A DNA stretch of 64,000 nucleotides, from positions 1 to 64,000 of IMG/VR virus record IMGVR_UViG_3300009545_000018, one strand, 5' to 3'. The position numbers and the translations under genes were made by a program. Numbering within the stretch: the first letter of the stretch is position 1; every line of letters starts with the position of its first letter. Below, in pieces: positions 17,518-26,456 of the stretch. A model generated the notes under the pieces. It did not search any database. It had not been told where the DNA came from and saw only the letters and a list, made by a program, of their open reading frames with translations.

Positions 17518-17907
17518 TTAAATATTACCAGATTGTCTTTGACAGTTTAAACATCTAACATTAGAGTTATCTAATATTGTTTGTAATTCAGTTCGGGGTA
17601 TAGCTAAACAATTTAGTATAGACTTTTGTTGGCAGATGTAATCATATTCTAATAATTTGATGTCATCAATTCCACAATCTTGACAGCTTTTTCCGATTAA
17701 ACTGCCAATAACAAAGTTTTTGAAATTGATAAATTTTTCCTTTAATAAATCTTTAGGCTCTATATAGGTAGTAACTACAACTGGTTTTTTTATTTTTGAA
17801 GGCTTAAACTTAACTGGATTGTCTGGTAAGACATTATTATCTAATAAGTCTTTTTTTGTAATAAATGACTCTTCTACCTCGGGCAGCTTGACTGGCTTTT
17901 TATTCAT
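17518..17907 (-). CDS. degenerate HNH-like zinc-binding protein
   Basis: CQDCG..D..LLEYDY...CLNCQR; catalytic His residues not retained. Confidence 0.55.
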   Translation of the reverse strand: MNKKPVKLPEVEESFITKKDLLDNNVLPDNPVKFKPSKIKKPVVVTTYIEPKDLLKEKFINFKNFVIGSLIGKSCQDCGIDDIKLLEYDYICQQKSILNCLAIPRTELQTILDNSNVRCLNCQRQSGNI

Positions 17908-17959
17908 ACATAATATGTATTATTATGGTAAAAATTATTTATTAAAAATATACTAGGTT

Positions 17960-17974
17960 CCCATCTTATAACGG
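17960..17974 (+). promoter_or_regulatory. CCCATC-N3-TAACGG motif
   Basis: ATG at 17990 is 30 nt on. Confidence 0.8.
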
Positions 17975-17989
17975 CGGGAGAAAATGATT

Positions 17990-18205
17990 ATGGCAACCAA
18001 GAAACAAATATTTGATTCCATCATTAAAGAATTGGATGAACTTATTCCTCCTTTAGAAGAAAAACATCAGAAAGTTTATCGAGCTAGATTGGACTCAATT
18101 GATTTTGATGATGAGAATTATCTATGTTCAGTGCAAGATAGTTTAAAAAATCAAATACTTATTGTTAATAAGTTAAAAAATATTGTAATTAAAAATTTTA
18201 AATGA
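17990..18205 (+). CDS. hypothetical protein
   Basis: Start revised by motif spacing. Confidence 0.7.
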   Translation: MATKKQIFDSIIKELDELIPPLEEKHQKVYRARLDSIDFDDENYLCSVQDSLKNQILIVNKLKNIVIKNFK

Positions 18206-18501
18206 ATTGTCCAATCTGTAATACAAAGTTAACAGTAAATACTAATGCCACAAATGTTTTTGGTTACAGATCCATTTGTATGGCATCAATAGGTCATACA
18301 TTTTATTTTTATTCCAACACTATGTTTGAATTATATGCGTGGCATACTAATGCTAAAATTACCATTAGTATTAAAAGGGATGGAAACAAATGTTCTTATA
18401 CTATACTTAACTGGGGTGGGTGGACTCCCCTTCATATTATAGAGTTGGATGAAATAAATTCTACTATAGAAAAGCTTGCTAAACTTAAAGCATTTTACTA
18501 A
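18202..18501 (+). CDS. KAFx-tail protein, CPxC class
   Basis: MNCPIC...KLAKLKAFY. Confidence 0.8.
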   Translation: MNCPICNTKLTVNTNATNVFGYRSICMASIGHTFYFYSNTMFELYAWHTNAKITISIKRDGNKCSYTILNWGGWTPLHIIELDEINSTIEKLAKLKAFY

Positions 18502-18517
18502 AATAAATAGGAATTAA

Positions 18518-18706
18518 ATGGACCAAAATATATTTATAAATCATTGTCAGGGAGCCTTAGATAATATTAGGTATAATATTTCTAGATTAACTGATAGATA
18601 TATTGAAACTGAAGATCCTAGTTGTTCATATACTGAAGCAGTGGCTCCATTACTTAAACAGCAATTAGATATTTTAAATCTACTTAAAGATAGTATTAAA
18701 GAATAA
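18518..18706 (+). CDS. hypothetical protein
   Basis: AGGA SD. Confidence 0.6.
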   Translation: MDQNIFINHCQGALDNIRYNISRLTDRYIETEDPSCSYTEAVAPLLKQQLDILNLLKDSIKE

Positions 18707-18887
18707 TTTGCTGATAAATTAAATGTACAAGACAGAAGTTAAAGACATTAAAAAAGATAGGCATACTCAAATCTTTATTGAAGTAACTATCAACACCGAG
18801 ATCACTAAAGAATACAGTCAGAAGATTATCATCTATAGTGGTCCCGATAATGCTATTGCAGATTCAATCCGTAGGGATTTAAATCTC

Positions 18888-18902
18888 CCCATCACATAAC
18901 GG
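18888..18902 (+). promoter_or_regulatory. CCCATC-N3-TAACGG motif
   Basis: CCCATCACATAACGG. Confidence 0.8.
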
Positions 18903-18942
18903 CAGTAACACTCAACTTACAAGGTATATAAATAAAATACAA

Positions 18943-19533
18943 ATGACTGAACGTAAGACTTCTTTTAAGGTTTTTATCAAAAAGGCTACTACTACATCTG
19001 CCGCAGAAGGTTTTCTGGCGCAGTATCGAGAGTATTTAACTACCGGGGAAGTTGCATCAATTACTTCTCCAATCTTAGCCAAAATTGACAGTGGTGCCTT
19101 GAGCCCCCAAATTGGATTAGAAGAAATTACTAATGCAGTCTTTGCCCATATGATGGTTCGTAGTCTTCAAAAGGCTGAAGAAAGCATTAATAAGGCAAGT
19201 GAGCCTTCGAGCAGCAAGCCGGTTATTGCCAAGATTCTTTCTGCTGATGGTACAGAATTAGAGTCTGGTTCTTTCAACTTACATCAAGATGCTGAGCGCT
19301 GGGTTGACAATCGCTTGTACTCTGGTTATCCTGGCAGTCATGGTGAAGTAATTCATACTAGGATTTTAATCAAAGGGGTTGCTCAAACTACCTTTATTAC
19401 TCGTGAAGATTCTATTGCCCGTATCTTGCGAAAGCCAAAGAGCGCTGCTACTAAGAAGCTTGGAGCAGCATCAGGTAAGATTGGTTTTGGAATTAAAGCT
19501 AAGCAATCTCATTCTCATTTTTCTCGCGGCTAA
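18943..19533 (+). CDS. hypothetical protein with basic C-terminus
   Basis: 196-aa ORF after motif. Confidence 0.85.
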   Translation: MTERKTSFKVFIKKATTTSAAEGFLAQYREYLTTGEVASITSPILAKIDSGALSPQIGLEEITNAVFAHMMVRSLQKAEESINKASEPSSSKPVIAKILSADGTELESGSFNLHQDAERWVDNRLYSGYPGSHGEVIHTRILIKGVAQTTFITREDSIARILRKPKSAATKKLGAASGKIGFGIKAKQSHSHFSRG

Positions 19534-19539
19534 GACAGA

Positions 19540-19857
19540 ATGTTTTCTAAACAAGAATTAAAAGAATTTACCAATTTTAATGCTGTGGCTTTTGATTTAT
19601 TAAGAGTGAAATCAAGAGAAACCAAAACTCCAGTAAGTTATTGGTTATGTATGAGTGATACGTTAAAGCAAAAATGTCGTCAAGACTTTTTACAATGGTA
19701 TCAAGACCAAGGATTTAGTGGACCTTCAGACTCTATTGAAGTTGTTGTTAATTCATTACCGGTAAGTAAAGCGGTAGGCAATTGGGTTATTATGGAAGGT
19801 CTTGCTAAAGATGCCAGAGAGAATGGTGATGCGGGCGGATTCTTCATTGATATGTAA
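19540..19857 (+). CDS. hypothetical protein
   Basis: 105-aa ORF. Confidence 0.75.
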   Translation: MFSKQELKEFTNFNAVAFDLLRVKSRETKTPVSYWLCMSDTLKQKCRQDFLQWYQDQGFSGPSDSIEVVVNSLPVSKAVGNWVIMEGLAKDARENGDAGGFFIDM

Positions 19858-20181
19858 GATATCATGTTTAAAAATAAAACAGATTGGATTTTAGTATCAG
19901 TTGTATTGGTTGGTATAGGTGTAATTTATTTTAAAGCATATACTAATCCTAGTAATTTAGTTAGATTAAAAAATTGGTTTAAGTAAAAGGAATTATAATA
20001 ATATATCATGGGCAGTAAAATCAAAGGTTGGCATAACAAAACGCCGAAGGGCGAGAAGCGACGTATGTTTGAAGAATCATCAAGTCGACGTCCCAAGAAT
20101 AGAGATCGCGATCGTAAGTCATTTGATAATAAACGGGTAGATTATTTTCGTAATGAAAATAATGATCCTCAATGGTAACAA

Positions 20182-20364
20182 ATGATTTACGCAGAAGCTA
20201 TCAAAATTCGTGATGAATATCTACAGGCAGATTCTCCATATATCATTGCCGCCTATGCTACCAATAAACAGGGAACTGATAATTGGTTTGTAGATGTTGT
20301 TTGGTTTTATGCTCATCGCAATGATGATCAATATGATTTTGAAAAGATAGGTTATCACCAATGA
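20182..20364 (+). CDS. hypothetical protein
   Basis: 60-aa ORF. Confidence 0.55.
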   Translation: MIYAEAIKIRDEYLQADSPYIIAAYATNKQGTDNWFVDVVWFYAHRNDDQYDFEKIGYHQ

Positions 20365-20437
20365 TACTTCTACTATTTGTTATGTTTGTATTTATAGTAA
20401 CTTTTATTATTCGGCAAGGACGTTTACGTTAAAAGTA

Positions 20438-20872
20438 ATGTCCTGGTGGCAACGTCTTAAACTAACAATAAGGATATTTTTAATTATGTCTAATCCTACT
20501 TGGGATGATGAGAATTGTATACCTGGTGCTATTTGCTCTGATTGTGGGGCAGATACCATTATTCGCTTCTCTATAAAACCTAGCTATCCAAAATGTGATG
20601 GATTCTGTGATTGTTGTGGTTGTCCTTGGGTTAAAGGAAACCGTGGTGAGTCTAAAACTCCTGATATCTGGGACGAAAAAGATGTGATTGTTTTAGATTA
20701 TTTTAAACCAACTTTGACTCTTGTTTCTTCTCAAAAAGAAGTTAAATCAGAAGTGCCGGATTTGAAAAATTCTATTGCCAATATTTTTCCGGCAGATTAT
20801 AATGAGTGTAATATTTGTGGCTATGATCATAAATATGATGCGGCTCCTGCTGCCAGAAAACATCAATTATAG
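20438..20872 (+). CDS. Cys-rich hypothetical protein
   Basis: Several CxxC pairs. Confidence 0.7.
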   Translation: MSWWQRLKLTIRIFLIMSNPTWDDENCIPGAICSDCGADTIIRFSIKPSYPKCDGFCDCCGCPWVKGNRGESKTPDIWDEKDVIVLDYFKPTLTLVSSQKEVKSEVPDLKNSIANIFPADYNECNICGYDHKYDAAPAARKHQL

Positions 20873-20881
20873 TTTGAATTT

Positions 20882-21145
20882 ATGACATTAAGCATTTGTC
20901 CTTATTGTGGAGATTTATTAAGTAAAATTGCAGATTCACGTTGTAATAAATCAGATCACAGTTTCTATTGGCATTCCAATAGTTATTGGTGGTTAATGGA
21001 TACGACCAATCACATTATTGTAAATGGATATTCTATATATTATTTCTCTAATGAAGAAAATATAATATTATTTGAGTCCAAGAAATCTATAGAAGAGGCA
21101 ATTGCTATTTTTAAATCTGTTTTAAAAATAAAAGCATTTATATAA
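20882..21145 (+). CDS. KAFx-tail protein, CPxC class
   Basis: CPYC...CNKSDH...VLKIKAFI. Confidence 0.8.
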   Translation: MTLSICPYCGDLLSKIADSRCNKSDHSFYWHSNSYWWLMDTTNHIIVNGYSIYYFSNEENIILFESKKSIEEAIAIFKSVLKIKAFI

Positions 21146-21146
21146 G

Positions 21147-21413
21147 ATGGAAGCTCCTAATAATTGTCCTTATTGTTTTGAGTTGATTAGCCCCTTTTTA
21201 GAGTGCGATAAATCGGATCATAGATTTCATTTTAACTCAAAAGACAACTGGTGGATTTTACATAGAACTAGTAGAATAATGGCAAATGGACATGTTATAT
21301 ATTATTCTGGAACTGATTCTGTAGTTAATTTAATAATATTTGATTCTGTAAAATCTATAGAAGAGGTTACATCTGCCCTTAAAAAGATTTTAAAATTAAA
21401 AGCATTTATATAA
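21147..21413 (+). CDS. KAFx-tail protein, CPxC class (tandem paralog)
   Basis: CPYC...CDKSDH...ILKLKAFI. Confidence 0.8.
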   Translation: MEAPNNCPYCFELISPFLECDKSDHRFHFNSKDNWWILHRTSRIMANGHVIYYSGTDSVVNLIIFDSVKSIEEVTSALKKILKLKAFI

Positions 21414-21677
21414 TTATGTTAAAAGTATTTTTCATTCATGTTTTTTATGGGCTTGCTATAACTTTAATAGCGTTAAGCTATTATCTTTACGATCAAAATT
21501 ATCAAAAAATGCATGAATGTCATGAACAGAAAAAGTAGTAAACTATGGGTTATTCTAGCTTTAGCTGCTGGATTTTTACTAGGGCATTACCTACGCGAAT
21601 CCTGGCAGTATTTAGAATCCAAGGACAATAAAATAATTTATAAGTAAATCGGAAGTTTTAACAAACCTGTAGAGCTT

Positions 21678-21692
21678 CCCATCCGCTAACGG
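21678..21692 (+). promoter_or_regulatory. CCCATC-N3-TAACGG motif
   Basis: CCCATCCGCTAACGG. Confidence 0.8.
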
Positions 21693-21778
21693 ATGAAGAG
21701 ATAAGATGTAAGATATGAATCAGCGTTACCGGTTTCCGGGACGGTATGGTAAATATCAAAATAAAAGGAGAAATTAAA

Positions 21779-22141
21779 ATGAATCTTTCTAATGTTGTGG
21801 TGCGTAACAAGAATGGTGCTGTGGATACGAAGGCTTCGGTTACTGCTTTTAAGGCAGAGTTGGATAGCCTTATTGCTGCGGAAAAGACTGAGAGTGCGGT
21901 ATTTGAAGATGCGGCTCATGCTGCGTTTGATAAGTACCCTGGTACGGCAATTTCGATGCCTGCCTTGTGTGCAGCAATTACGGTTGCTATGAATGCGGAG
22001 CCTGTTAACCATGCAGCTCTTACTGAACGGGCTCGTAAGTACATTCAGAACAACTCGGTTGGTGAGAAGTCGATCTTTACCATCACTAAAGGTAAGGGTG
22101 GCGGGGTGCGCCGTCGTTCGGATATTCCGGTCGAGAGCTAA
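21779..22141 (+). CDS. KGKGGG family DNA-binding protein, copy 3
   Basis: AAAGGAG SD; FTITKGKGGGVRRRSDIP. Confidence 0.8.
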   Translation: MNLSNVVVRNKNGAVDTKASVTAFKAELDSLIAAEKTESAVFEDAAHAAFDKYPGTAISMPALCAAITVAMNAEPVNHAALTERARKYIQNNSVGEKSIFTITKGKGGGVRRRSDIPVES

Positions 22142-22418
22142 TCCAAAGTAGGTTAGGTGGTCTCCCAAAAACACCAATTTCTATTAGTGAGATTACATCA
22201 ACAAGTTTGCAAACTTGTTTCAATCTAATAGGACTAATCAAGCAAGTAATCATACATATGGTACAGGCTATATGTAGAGATCGACAAGTGCTAGCATCTA
22301 ATAATGCTGTAGCATAACTATAAATATCCGCTTGATAATAAAAACCTGCTTAATATTTAGGTTTGGTGTTATTTGCCCATGATTTAAGTTTAAATCAAAA
22401 AACACCTTTTAATTAAAA

Positions 22419-22642
22419 TCGCCTAAGGATTATGGGTGAAAAGTTATTAACGTAAGTAAAATAACGAAGATCAGTAATATATTCAGAACTGGAGCCTTAA
22501 ATATTTAAGGCAGGAGAGAAGTTAACTGATAAGGGTAGCTAAAGTAATTTGGAGTAAAACAATAGTAAAATAATTGTTAGCCAAAGATGATTAAATCATT
22601 TAATTATTAGAACGATAATTATCACAGTGTTCCTCAACCTTG
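22419..22642 (+). ncRNA. structured ncRNA, copy 1 of a duplicated element
   Basis: Colinear with 31887-32160; shared stems with compensatory changes. Confidence 0.7.
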
Positions 22643-22649
22643 TTTTTAA

Positions 22650-22994
22650 ATGAAAAGATTATATATTCTTTTGTTTGCAATTTTGTTAATCATTATCGCA
22701 ATTGGCTTAATGGTTTACTTTAAACCAGTCAGCACAGATGATCTAACAGACTTAGCATTAAAAGAATACTTTTCATGTGTTGAAGAAAAACATAATGAAA
22801 ACCTTTGTTTAAATGAGTCTTCAAAAGTTTATCAGTTTCTTAATAAATTAGATGTTGAAGATAAATTAAAACATCCTATCCGAAATGGATTTGGAGAAAA
22901 AGAAGAGTTTAATAGGATTGCTAGTAAATGTCTTGCCACTAAAGAATGTACAACTTACTCTTGCTTAAACTATCAAATGGATTTATGTAAATGA
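22650..22994 (+). CDS. membrane-anchored hypothetical protein
   Basis: N-terminal TM. Confidence 0.7.
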   Translation: MKRLYILLFAILLIIIAIGLMVYFKPVSTDDLTDLALKEYFSCVEEKHNENLCLNESSKVYQFLNKLDVEDKLKHPIRNGFGEKEEFNRIASKCLATKECTTYSCLNYQMDLCK

Positions 22995-23446
22995 ATCAAG
23001 AAGAGTTATTTTTAGAAGATGAAATTATATTCTCCTATCATGATTATACTGGAACTATTTTTATAGTAGAAGGTATTGGGATAATCATTATTAAAGAATA
23101 TGATCTCCAAAAAAATCTGCTACATATCGCAGTAAGTTTTACCTCAGAAGTTTCTGAGAATTGTGATCAGTGGACCTTACACTCTTCCTTTGCCCAAGAT
23201 AAATGGATGCAAAATACTCCTTATCGAGAAGTAGTAAAAGATATTTCAAGATTTTTTGAGTCCAAATGTATCTGGATAGACGCTTATGATGTTAAAGGTT
23301 TAAAAAATAAATTATTAAAAAAGCAACCTGAAGGTTCTAGCTGTAAGTGTTGCAGCCAATATTTTCATTATTCTATTCCTAATCAATTAGATAACACATT
23401 TATTTGTTATTCTTGCACTAATAACCCACTAAGACAATATTATTAA
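22991..23446 (+). CDS. protein with C-terminal NQxDxTF zinc ribbon
   Basis: CKCC...NQLDNTFICYSCTNNPLRQYY, similar to 11163. Confidence 0.8.
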   Translation: MNQEELFLEDEIIFSYHDYTGTIFIVEGIGIIIIKEYDLQKNLLHIAVSFTSEVSENCDQWTLHSSFAQDKWMQNTPYREVVKDISRFFESKCIWIDAYDVKGLKNKLLKKQPEGSSCKCCSQYFHYSIPNQLDNTFICYSCTNNPLRQYY

Positions 23447-23447
23447 A

Positions 23448-23705
23448 ATGGAAGAAAAGATTTTAAAAGCCAAAGAATTAAAAGATCTGCTATCTAAATT
23501 AGCAAGATTAAAGGGTCAAATGAGCGTGATTCCTTTTGATAATCATACTATTGTGGGCGTCTTTTTAGGGCATGGTGATTTAAGGACCCTCTTTCATCAA
23601 GAGTCTTTTCATTCTTATGAAGAAGATCCTTCCAAATGTAACCTTTCCGTTTTGAGGGGATTCTTTTCTTTACCAGAAATTGAAGACAGACTGGCTAAAT
23701 TATGA
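23448..23705 (+). CDS. hypothetical protein
   Basis: Coupled ORF. Confidence 0.65.
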   Translation: MEEKILKAKELKDLLSKLARLKGQMSVIPFDNHTIVGVFLGHGDLRTLFHQESFHSYEEDPSKCNLSVLRGFFSLPEIEDRLAKL

Positions 23706-24046
23706 ATATACGACCTATAGCTTTATCTCTTTTCTTATATAGTTGCACTCAGAATACCTCTGTAGTAAGCGCTAATGAAGTAGAAAAAGAACCAATTGCT
23801 AAGGTATTTCAAACTTTAGAATCTGCTCAAGAAATTAACGAAAATACTTTTACTATAGTGCTTGACAGTTGTATGTTCTTTTGTTTAGACGAACAATCTG
23901 AATGCACTTGTCGCTGTAATGTTGGCGTTAATAAATTAAGAAATGTGACATATAGTCATAGTTTAAAAAACGTAGAGCAATGGTATAGTTATCTTGACGA
24001 GTGGACCTTGTCTCAGAGGGAACTAAACGACTGTAAACCATTGTAG
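23702..24046 (+). CDS. putative lipoprotein
   Basis: LFLYSC lipobox-like sequence. Confidence 0.6.
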   Translation: MNIRPIALSLFLYSCTQNTSVVSANEVEKEPIAKVFQTLESAQEINENTFTIVLDSCMFFCLDEQSECTCRCNVGVNKLRNVTYSHSLKNVEQWYSYLDEWTLSQRELNDCKPL

Positions 24047-24343
24047 ATGAAAAAGTTTATCTTAAAAGAATTTAAATATGAAATAAACAAATTCTCTTTA
24101 ATGGTTGAACAATACGTATCATCTGATTTTAAAAATATTGTTGAGTTTTATATTTGCGGCAAAAGTATTTGGATTGGAGAATATTCCAATTATATTAAGG
24201 CTGAACAAAGATTCTTAACAATCAAAAACATTATAAGAAACTTAAAGATTAAATTTGCAGATTTAAATCCAGAAGAAATTAATTCTGATAAGATAAAAGA
24301 AATCAGCAAAGAGTTTCTAATTGAATTTAGAAAGATTAAATAA
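24047..24343 (+). CDS. hypothetical protein
   Basis: Adjacent ORF. Confidence 0.65.
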   Translation: MKKFILKEFKYEINKFSLMVEQYVSSDFKNIVEFYICGKSIWIGEYSNYIKAEQRFLTIKNIIRNLKIKFADLNPEEINSDKIKEISKEFLIEFRKIK

Positions 24344-24580
24344 ATGAGTGAGTCGCTGTATAATTTTAAAGTTGGTGATGAAGTTTGGGAACTAAAAAAA
24401 CCGGGATTTTATGGTACAGTTTTATCAGTTTTTGGAGATGATGTTTCTGTTCTTTGGAAAAAAGATGGCAATGTGTTTTCTAAACGGTATTATGGTGGAG
24501 ATGGTATTAGACCAAGATTTTTAAGAGATAAACCATATTCTGTAGGTGTAATGAGACATACTCACCCTATTAATAAGTAA
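24344..24580 (+). CDS. SH3/KOW-like small protein
   Basis: FKVGDEV...GTV...VSVLW. Confidence 0.6.
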   Translation: MSESLYNFKVGDEVWELKKPGFYGTVLSVFGDDVSVLWKKDGNVFSKRYYGGDGIRPRFLRDKPYSVGVMRHTHPINK

Positions 24581-24592
24581 TAGATTTATTCT

Positions 24593-24669
24593 CCGCCGGT
24601 AGCTCAGTTGGTTAGAGCGGGGTCCTTATACGGCTTAGGTCGGGGGTTCAAGTCCCTCCTGGCGGACCA
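24593..24669 (+). tRNA. tRNA-Ile(UAU)
   Basis: CCGCCGG/CTGGCGG acceptor stem, GCTC/GAGC D stem, loop CT-TAT-AC, T arm GGGGG-TTCAAGT-CCCTC, ACCA end; anticodon stem rich in G-U. Confidence 0.85.
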
Positions 24670-24683
24670 ATTAAAACAAAAAT

Positions 24684-24932
24684 ATGAATCTTTATCGTTG
24701 CAAATTCCTTCTTGTAGATTATAATAATCTTGAGTCTAATATTTTCATTAGATCTCTAGATGAAGAAACTGCCAAGAATAATGCAAAAAAGATATATGAA
24801 AATACACTGCAATCTCGTGGTATTGCAAAATCTAAATATGTTCAAATCGTTACATTAAGCTCCGATCAAGAGTTATTAGAATATCAATCTAATATGAAGA
24901 AGAGAAATAACTCTGATAAGAGTCTTAATTAA
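24684..24932 (+). CDS. hypothetical protein
   Basis: 82-aa ORF. Confidence 0.65.
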   Translation: MNLYRCKFLLVDYNNLESNIFIRSLDEETAKNNAKKIYENTLQSRGIAKSKYVQIVTLSSDQELLEYQSNMKKRNNSDKSLN

Positions 24933-24972
24933 ATAGACTCTAGTGTTATTATGTGCCTGAGTAGGGAGAGAT

Positions 24973-24987
24973 CCCATCCGCTAACGG
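24973..24987 (+). promoter_or_regulatory. CCCATC-N3-TAACGG motif
   Basis: ATG 32 nt on. Confidence 0.8.
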
Positions 24988-25004
24988 TAGTGTCACGCTA
25001 TAAA

Positions 25005-25577
25005 ATGAAAAACATTCTTCTAATTTCAGTTGTGACGTTAATCGGTTGTAGTGGTGCTGCCTTTACTGCCGAAGAAAAATCTGCTACAACCAATATGCAT
25101 CAAGCAGGCGAAACTTCTTCTGGAGAAGCTGGAGATAAAAATACTGCCGGGATGACAGTTGGCGGTTCCAATTCTGGAGGAACTAATGATAATGGTGGTA
25201 ATAATCCAACTGGTGGAACCAACCCAAATAGCGGAGGAATGAATCAAGATGGTCTTTCCGGCACCACTAATGGTGGTAGCAATATTGGTGGAGCAATTAT
25301 TGCAGACAATGCTGGTTCTGGTGGCGAAGGTGGTTCAGTGCCACAGGAAACCTGCAATCCTTCTAGCAAAGGTTTTGCTTGTACGATGGCAGTATTTACT
25401 TGGGAAGGTAATTCTACACCAGCTCCTAATGCTTGGGAGTGTTCTGAAGTCACTAATGCCCCTCCTATTTATCTTGAGCAAAATTCATTAGGTAATAACA
25501 TTCGTCATTGTACAATCCCTTCATTCCCCTCATTTGGAAGCTTACCAAATAATCTTTGGTGCTGTACCGATCATTAA
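25005..25577 (+). CDS. Gly-rich lipoprotein with Cys-rich C-terminus
   Basis: MKNILLISVVTLIGC lipobox, GGS/GGT low-complexity linker, WCC near the end. Confidence 0.8.
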   Translation: MKNILLISVVTLIGCSGAAFTAEEKSATTNMHQAGETSSGEAGDKNTAGMTVGGSNSGGTNDNGGNNPTGGTNPNSGGMNQDGLSGTTNGGSNIGGAIIADNAGSGGEGGSVPQETCNPSSKGFACTMAVFTWEGNSTPAPNAWECSEVTNAPPIYLEQNSLGNNIRHCTIPSFPSFGSLPNNLWCCTDH

Positions 25578-25578
25578 A

Positions 25579-25767
25579 ATGAAATGTACTATTCAGTGGA
25601 TTGATGCAGATGGTGAACCGACTCCAGATAATAATGAAGCTGTAGCTTTAGTTAGATGTACTGATACAATCAATTGTTCTGGTAAGAAACACCCCATTTG
25701 TCAGCATCATTTAAAAAGATTAAAATATTTAGATAATTGGGAGATGTTCCCTCTAGAAGATAAATAA
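25579..25767 (+). CDS. hypothetical protein
   Basis: Start revised (MKCTIQW). Confidence 0.6.
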   Translation: MKCTIQWIDADGEPTPDNNEAVALVRCTDTINCSGKKHPICQHHLKRLKYLDNWEMFPLEDK

Positions 25768-25941
25768 TGTCTGTATGGTTTCTAGTACTAATACTAATTA
25801 GTTTATGTATGCTATACATGTGGATTAGAAGATTTCCTATAGATGAACTTGAGTGGGTATTAGCTATTGTATTTACTCTAATGTGTCTTTCTTTGTGGCA
25901 AAATGTAATAATGGAATGGTTTAAATAGAAAAGAATTAATT

Positions 25942-26265
25942 ATGGAAACTAGCAGTTTATTGGTTTATAATGAGGTTCCTGATAACGTTTATTTCTTTAT
26001 TATTCCAGATGAAGATTTAGCCATTCATCCAGAATGGGAGAAGCATTTAAAAGCTGCCTGCCATAAAATTATTAATGTTGATGATAACAATGCTTCTATG
26101 CTTTGGCTTTCTGAAGCGGTATGTTCCAAGCCAGAGTATTGTGTCGATCCTTCAGGACAAGATTGTTGTTGCCTTTATAAATATAAGGTAGAGCCTGAAG
26201 GGCAAGCAATCACTGCTGTTACTGGTACTATTTCTAAGGTATTTTATTCTGGATTTTTCCTATGA
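25942..26265 (+). CDS. hypothetical protein
   Basis: 107-aa ORF. Confidence 0.75.
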   Translation: METSSLLVYNEVPDNVYFFIIPDEDLAIHPEWEKHLKAACHKIINVDDNNASMLWLSEAVCSKPEYCVDPSGQDCCCLYKYKVEPEGQAITAVTGTISKVFYSGFFL

Positions 26266-26456
26266 ATAAAACATATCTTATGAATTGTCCTGGTTGTCAA
26301 AGTCAATTTGAAGTAGATTCTATCTTTACTGTAAGATTAGGCGATTATTTTTCTTGTTCTTGTGGTAAAAAACTGTTTGTAAAATCTTTAGGTAATCCTC
26401 TTCAAATGGAAGAGGTAATACCACCTAAGTTTTCTTCTTTAAAAGAAAAGAAATAA
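26262..26456 (+). CDS. zinc-ribbon protein
   Basis: CPGC...CSCG. Confidence 0.6.
   Translation: MNKTYLMNCPGCQSQFEVDSIFTVRLGDYFSCSCGKKLFVKSLGNPLQMEEVIPPKFSSLKEKK

Noticed and set aside
17990-18205. Other ORFs with penultimate F (VIKNFK, GFRFK, AVWFK, LEGFV, SGFFL)
   Set aside because: They match the K-L-K-small-F pattern only partly; excluded from the KAFx count as possibly chance.
21686-22177. Long minus-strand ORFs such as 21686..22177, 12297..12629 and 32898..33260
   Set aside because: They are antisense shadows of well-supported + strand genes, with no SD or motifs of their own.
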